NCBI GenBank assembly: GCA_963845185.1 | Contig: CAWJRG010000005.1 | Coordinates: 672,001-736,000 of the forward strand | DNA length: 64,000 nucleotides | Origin: an uncultured bacterium | Lineage (GTDB): Bacteria > Oederibacteriota > PGYV01 > CAWJRG01 | Direction of reading: 5' to 3' | Shown here: one piece after another, positions 59,014-64,000 of the stretch | Layout of the letters: each line of letters begins with the position of its first letter | How positions within the stretch are numbered: the first letter of the stretch is position 1 | The notes under the pieces: model-generated | The model's input: the letters and a program-made list of their open reading frames with translations, nothing else | Databases searched by the model: none | What the model was told of the DNA's origin: nothing | Program-made: the position numbers and the translations under genes

Positions 59014-59859
59014 TTAACTGTCAGTTTTTAATTTGAACTTATACTCTTTTATTTTTTCAAAATAGCTGTAAGGCAGCTTTATCTTTCCTATTTTGGTGTT
59101 GTCTTTGCCCGTACCGTGGCAGTCTGACCCGCCTGAAACAAGCATGTCGAACCTGCCTGCTATTCTTGTGTATTTTTCAACATATTCAAAGTTGTGGTCA
59201 GGGTGAAAAGCCTCTATTCCGTCCAGACCTGCCGCGTGCCACTTTTCAATCATGTCATCCATTCCAAGTTTTCCCGGATGCGCTAGAATTGCCAGGCCGT
59301 TTACAGCTTTTATCATGGCAATGCCTTCCTCGACGGTCAGCTTTGCCTTCTCAACATAAGCCGGCTTGTCCTCGGAAAGGTATCTGTCAAAAGCGTCCCT
59401 TATGCTGTCAACATAACGCCTTTGTACCAGCAGCCTGGCTATGTGCAGCCTGCCCGCGCTGTTAATATTTTGCGTGAATTCAAAGAGCTCGGCAAAATCA
59501 AGGTCCAGGTTTTGCTGCTTCAGCTTATTTATTATTTTTTCAGCTCTTTCCACTCTTTTACTCTGGAAAAAAGCCAGTTTATTGTTAAAATCTTTGTCTT
59601 TCCAGTCAATATAAAGCCCGATTATATGCACTTCTTTTTTATCAAGCATGGCGGAAAGTTCAATGCCCGGAACAAATTCAATGCCGTCTTTTGAGGCAAG
59701 GCTTTCAGCCTCTTCCATGGCCGCAATTGTGTCGTGGTCGGTTATGGCTATCGCGTCTATTTGCTCCCTTTCCGCATTCGCGAAAACTTCGGCAATTGTG
59801 TTTGTGCTGTCCGATTTATTTGTATGAATATGTAGGTCAGCCCATTTATATTTAAGCAT
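59014..59859 (-). CDS. PHP-domain phosphoesterase (TrpH/YciV-like)
   Basis: DLHIHT..SD, ITDHDT, GIELS, LAHP, GGSDCHG. Confidence 0.9.
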   Translation of the reverse strand: MLKYKWADLHIHTNKSDSTNTIAEVFANAEREQIDAIAITDHDTIAAMEEAESLASKDGIEFVPGIELSAMLDKKEVHIIGLYIDWKDKDFNNKLAFFQSKRVERAEKIINKLKQQNLDLDFAELFEFTQNINSAGRLHIARLLVQRRYVDSIRDAFDRYLSEDKPAYVEKAKLTVEEGIAMIKAVNGLAILAHPGKLGMDDMIEKWHAAGLDGIEAFHPDHNFEYVEKYTRIAGRFDMLVSGGSDCHGTGKDNTKIGKIKLPYSYFEKIKEYKFKLKTDS

Positions 59860-60008
59860 TCTTATCCTTGTCTTTAATAATAAGAAAATCGATAGTCGAA
59901 AATTGACCGGATTTATCTTTTTATAATTGCTGTTATGTTTTATTACCTTGTTCTATTCCCGGTTATCTATTCTCGATTCTCGGATTTTCCGGCCGCGCCG
60001 GAAAATCA

Positions 60009-60083
60009 TGGAGCGGGCGATGGGAATCGAACCCACTGCGTCAAGCTTGGGAAGCTTGCATTCTACCGGTGAATTACGCCCGC
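60009..60083 (-). tRNA. tRNA-Gly(CCC)
   Basis: 75-nt cloverleaf GCGGGCG...TTCCCAA...GTTCGATTC...CGCCCGCTCCA. Confidence 0.95.
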
Positions 60084-60147
60084 TTTTTTCGAGTTTTATT
60101 ATTATATGTTTTTTGAAAAGGTTTGTAAAGATAAAATAACGGAAGGA

Positions 60148-60651
60148 TCAAAAGTTAAAATTATTATTGTGCCTTGAGGCTTCTTCCAGGAAAATAATGA
60201 AACTTTTCAGTATTTCAATAAGCTGCATGTCGTTTGTGTCCACGACATATTGGCCGTCCTCAAGGTTCCTCCTGCTGTCCTTCGTCTGGGGGTCGTATTG
60301 CGACAGCAGGTTCCTGTAAAGCACGTATTTCTGGTAATTTTCCCCGTTAAAACGGAACCTGTATTTTTTATCAAATGCCACCTTGCTCAACTCGTTCATT
60401 TGCGTGCTGGACGAAAGGCCTGGTATTTTGCTTGTTTTTATCCTGCCATCGTCAATTTGGTCCCTGATGCCATCCAGCATGCCTACGTCCTGTTCCACGC
60501 TTTTTATGAGCGCGTTTATGTATTTCCCCCTTGTGTATTTCATTTTTGTTTCTTCCGAAGAATTAAAAAGCAAAAAAATCAGGACAGCTACAGGCACTAT
60601 GAAAGCTGCTGCAATCAATATGGTTTTTACATTTAGTTTCACCGGGGCCAC
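60148..60651 (-). CDS. Hypothetical protein with N-terminal membrane anchor
   Basis: 167-aa ORF, GTG start, one TM helix. Confidence 0.65.
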   Translation of the reverse strand: MAPVKLNVKTILIAAAFIVPVAVLIFLLFNSSEETKMKYTRGKYINALIKSVEQDVGMLDGIRDQIDDGRIKTSKIPGLSSSTQMNELSKVAFDKKYRFRFNGENYQKYVLYRNLLSQYDPQTKDSRRNLEDGQYVVDTNDMQLIEILKSFIIFLEEASRHNNNFNF

Positions 60652-60771
60652 CCTTTATTGATAAGCTAAAAATGCAGACGCCTTCAAATTTCCGTCTTGT
60701 TTGGCCGGCAACCGAAGACGTCTGCATTTTGTAAAATCTTACCGGTCTTTTCCTTTTTCCTCTTGCAAAAA

Positions 60772-60800
60772 ATCCTACTGCAAAAGCAATTATTTGTCAA
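60772..60800 (-). promoter_or_regulatory. Sigma70-type promoter
   Basis: TTGACA-17 nt-TAGGAT. Confidence 0.55.
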
Positions 60801-60870
60801 GCATTGGAGACTTTGATGATACGCTTATATTTAAGGAATTAAAAACAAATATGTGGGATAAACTCAGGTT

Positions 60871-63747
60871 TCATCTTAATATGATGATAGTTGCAGGTTT
60901 GCCTTTTAATGTCTTCCCGTCGCTGGTTTCAGCTGTTAACAGGAAATAATATGTGCCGTTTGCAAGTTTGTAAAGCTCACCCGGTGCAATGTCTTCTTCT
61001 ATTTCGCCTGCCTGGAAATCTCCCTCCCAGGTTTCTTCTTTTACCAGCCTGAAAGCCACGGTATAAATTTTCAGGCTGATATTTTTTATTTCCTGCGTAA
61101 TCTGGAATTTTATATGTAAATCACCGCTGCCTGTCGGATTATAAGGGTTTGGATAAATTACAGGATTAAGTATTGCCGGTGTGGATTGGGTTGGAATAAC
61201 GGTCGGCGTTACAGTCCCTGTATAAGTTGTTGCCGTTGCAGTAAAAGCCGGTTTCAATGTACCTGTGCATGTCTGGGTCGCAGTCAGCGTTATTGTGTCT
61301 GTGAGTGTTGCAGTGATTGAATATGTGTATGTAAGCGTCGGGCTCTGGGTTAGCGTGCTTGAACTTGTCTCTGTATAAGTCGGGCTCGCCGTATAGGTAA
61401 ATGATGGCGTTTCGGTTTGTGTAATTGTGAAAGTCGGCGTTATGGTAGACGTATCAGTGGATGTCGGCGGCGTGCCTGTATATGTTTCGGTTATAGTCGG
61501 CGATTCCGTATTTGTTTGCGTGATTGTTAAAGTCGGTGTTTCGGTCAATGTCGAGGTTTCCGTACTGGTATAGGTCAATGTAGGAGTAGAAGTTAGCGTC
61601 TGCGTGGCCGTAAATGTCGGCGATGCAGTATTTGTAAGAGTATCACTTTTTGTAGCCGTAGGTGTATGCGTACATGTAGCGGTTATGGTAGGTGTGGCTG
61701 TATTTGTTTGTGTAGGTGTAGCCGTCAATGTCGCTGTGTTTGTAGCTGTTCCCGTTTGTGTGTAAGTAAATGTAAAAGTACGCGTGGCTGTATTTGTTCC
61801 GGTTGCAGTATATGTAGGCGTATTCGTGGCAGACAGTATCACAATTGTGAATGTCATTGTTATCGTATATGTCGGCGTCACTGTATTGGTATACGTCCGG
61901 GTCTGCGTGCTTGTAGGCGATATTGTGTTTGTAAATGTCGGAGTCGGCGAAAATGTGCGTGTCCCTGTTGCTGTCGGTGTTGCAGTATAAGTCGGCGTAT
62001 CTGTAGCTGACAGTATAACCGTAGTGAATGTCATTGTTATTGTATATGACGGCGTCGCTGTGGGCGTAAATGTCTTTGTATTCGTTAATGTCGGCGTGGC
62101 AGTATATGTAAATGTCTGCGACGGCGTATTTGTCCTTGTCCCGGTAAATGTCTGGCTCGGAGTGATTGTCACTGTGCGGGTCGGCGTCGGTGTAAAGGTA
62201 CGTGTGGCTACTGCGCCTGTTGTAAAGGTAAACGTCGGTGTCGTAGCCGGTGTGCCGTATTTCAGTACCATATACGCCAGCGCTCCAACAACCCCTGCGT
62301 TGTAATCTATCCCTCCTTCGGTCACTTCGTACTTGCCGATGTTATCCTCAAATCCCGAACAGTTGTTAATCGGCCCGCCCGGTAATGAGCCTACAAGCTG
62401 GTGCAGATACGCCACCGAGCCCGGGGTAGTGCTCTCTGTGGTAAAATCTGTGTCGCCTGTTGTTGTTTTCCCGAACGCTGCCCTGTGGTGCGGGTGCAGC
62501 ACACATCCGGCAGACGTATAGTCAGGGTTTGTGTATCCTACCAGGAATGATTCTCCCTGCGCAGCTCCGGGCCCTGCCATCGACCCGTCAGAAGTTATTG
62601 CCCCGTGCGTGCCTAATATGAAATCTGTGCTGTTTTTTGCCATGCTTAGCGCTGTTGTGTCTCCTCCAGTCGTCATATAATCAAGGAACGCGCCGCACAA
62701 GGCCATATTTGCCGTGTATCTTAGGTTTCCCCAGCTGTTAACCGTGGCATACGAACCAATACCACACGTTGTCATTTTGCTCTCGTAGCTTGAGACTTCG
62801 GACTGCATTTTTGTCAGGTAAGTGGCTGTCCCTGTCATCTTGTATAATTCAAAATCAGCTGCAGGCTCGCAGTTGTTCCAGCACAGCACCCAGTTTGTAG
62901 GCATGCTGTAATCGCCGTTTGATGTGTAAGTCTGCGCGTCTGTCAGGTATGATGTGGTGCCTGTTGCCCTGTAAAGCTCTATTGCTCCCCATGCCATGTG
63001 CCCTGCCCAGTGCGAGGCGCTGTAAAATGACCCGCCGTTTGCGTCCGATATTGCGGCCGGGTTTGTCTTGCCGACATTATAGTATTCAACTGCCGTGGTC
63101 GAGCACTGCGCAGCGTAAGCCGCGTCATACTGCTTGTATAATATGAACATTAGGGCGAGGGCTGCTGCTGCTGTGCCGCAGACATTTGACCCGCCTGATG
63201 TAAATGAATAACAATTCCTCGGGTCCCCACCAGCTGCAGTGGCATATGCTGTTGACTCGTATTCCGGCGTCACAAAATGCGTGTGGTCCGCAGCGCCGTC
63301 GCCTACCTGGTAATATACTTTGCCTCCGTTGTATGCCTTCAGCAAATAATCAGTTTCTACTTTTACTTCGTTAAGCAGGTCAGGTATTCCGTCGCTGCCT
63401 GCCGTATCAGTGGCAGTGTAAATGTCCTGATATGCTGAAGAAAAATAACTGAACGCAAGCAGCAGCAAAGCTGCTGAATACGCGTTTGTCTGGCCGAATT
63501 TAACGTGGTCCCCGCAGTCATGCCAGCCTCCCGACAGGTCTATGCCTACAGACGAGCCGTCATTTGTATGGCATGCTCCGTGTATCCAGGAATTGGTTGT
63601 TCCGCAGCGCTGCGCCCCGTAATAATAAATCGACTTACTAAGCGCGTCAGTATAGTTTTGCGCGGCATAAATATATGCAGGCATGACTGCTATAATTACC
63701 GGCAGTACACAGGCTCTAAGCATATTGCGCCACTTGAATCTCAACAT
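60871..63747 (-). CDS. Secreted GH9 endoglucanase with ~360-aa Thr-rich linker and C-terminal YPNP domain
   Basis: YYGAQRCG, LSGGWHDCGDHVKF, YYQVGDG, WGNLRY, HPHHRAA, TEGGIDYNA; TxTxT linker; IYPNP...NGTYYF. Confidence 0.93.
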   Translation of the reverse strand: MLRFKWRNMLRACVLPVIIAVMPAYIYAAQNYTDALSKSIYYYGAQRCGTTNSWIHGACHTNDGSSVGIDLSGGWHDCGDHVKFGQTNAYSAALLLLAFSYFSSAYQDIYTATDTAGSDGIPDLLNEVKVETDYLLKAYNGGKVYYQVGDGAADHTHFVTPEYESTAYATAAGGDPRNCYSFTSGGSNVCGTAAAALALMFILYKQYDAAYAAQCSTTAVEYYNVGKTNPAAISDANGGSFYSASHWAGHMAWGAIELYRATGTTSYLTDAQTYTSNGDYSMPTNWVLCWNNCEPAADFELYKMTGTATYLTKMQSEVSSYESKMTTCGIGSYATVNSWGNLRYTANMALCGAFLDYMTTGGDTTALSMAKNSTDFILGTHGAITSDGSMAGPGAAQGESFLVGYTNPDYTSAGCVLHPHHRAAFGKTTTGDTDFTTESTTPGSVAYLHQLVGSLPGGPINNCSGFEDNIGKYEVTEGGIDYNAGVVGALAYMVLKYGTPATTPTFTFTTGAVATRTFTPTPTRTVTITPSQTFTGTRTNTPSQTFTYTATPTLTNTKTFTPTATPSYTITMTFTTVILSATDTPTYTATPTATGTRTFSPTPTFTNTISPTSTQTRTYTNTVTPTYTITMTFTIVILSATNTPTYTATGTNTATRTFTFTYTQTGTATNTATLTATPTQTNTATPTITATCTHTPTATKSDTLTNTASPTFTATQTLTSTPTLTYTSTETSTLTETPTLTITQTNTESPTITETYTGTPPTSTDTSTITPTFTITQTETPSFTYTASPTYTETSSSTLTQSPTLTYTYSITATLTDTITLTATQTCTGTLKPAFTATATTYTGTVTPTVIPTQSTPAILNPVIYPNPYNPTGSGDLHIKFQITQEIKNISLKIYTVAFRLVKEETWEGDFQAGEIEEDIAPGELYKLANGTYYFLLTAETSDGKTLKGKPATIIILR

Positions 63748-64000
63748 ATCACTTCATCTCCTGAAAATCCTACTTTTATTGTCTTCTATTGTTTTAGACA
63801 ACAATATTTGCTTTAAGTTCCTAAAAAAATGCAGTTTAATGCGTTTAAATTAGCGTATTACTTATATAATAATACCCTAAAAATAATAAAAAATCAAAAT
63901 AAAATTATATTTTATTATATAAAACTCAATTTATTTTTATGCAGTTTTTTCAGATAAGTTAAATTGTGCGGTTGATTTTAATGCAGACAGAATCAAATGC

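Overview
A 64-kb chromosomal stretch from an AT-leaning diderm bacterium (Lol ABC transporter, TamB, several beta-barrel-like proteins, ClpC). It carries polysaccharide-degrading enzymes: two secreted GH9 cellulases with a shared YPNP-type C-terminal domain, a GH2 and a CE2-like esterase. That combination is reminiscent of Ca. Goldiibacteriota (Goldbacteria)-like organisms, but this is inference only. The right third is housekeeping (PHP, lysS, lolC/E, lolD, ilvE, clpC, tamB, ACT protein, def, tRNA-Gly, tRNA-Asn). The rest is accessory: an arsenosugar-type cluster (ArsS radical SAM, AhpD-like protein, two glycosyltransferases, MerA-like reductase, TVP38/DedA protein) with no arsM in the window; a probable zinc/metal-uptake operon headed by a DUF2946-like leader ending in an RAPP arrest motif and followed by an unannotated 30-aa Cys-rich microprotein; a membrane-anchored WD40/class III nucleotidyl cyclase receptor between two paralogous outer-membrane protein genes; a GHMP kinase/nucleotidyltransferase fusion; and an IS1182 element inserted into the loop of a hairpin. 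All three frameshifts I found (lysS, an aldo/keto reductase, an OMP paralogue) fall on the same 9-mer, GAGAATATC (GAGATATC plus one A). This points to a motif-specific sequencing error, possibly caused by DNA methylation. No CRISPR array, rRNA or prophage was seen.
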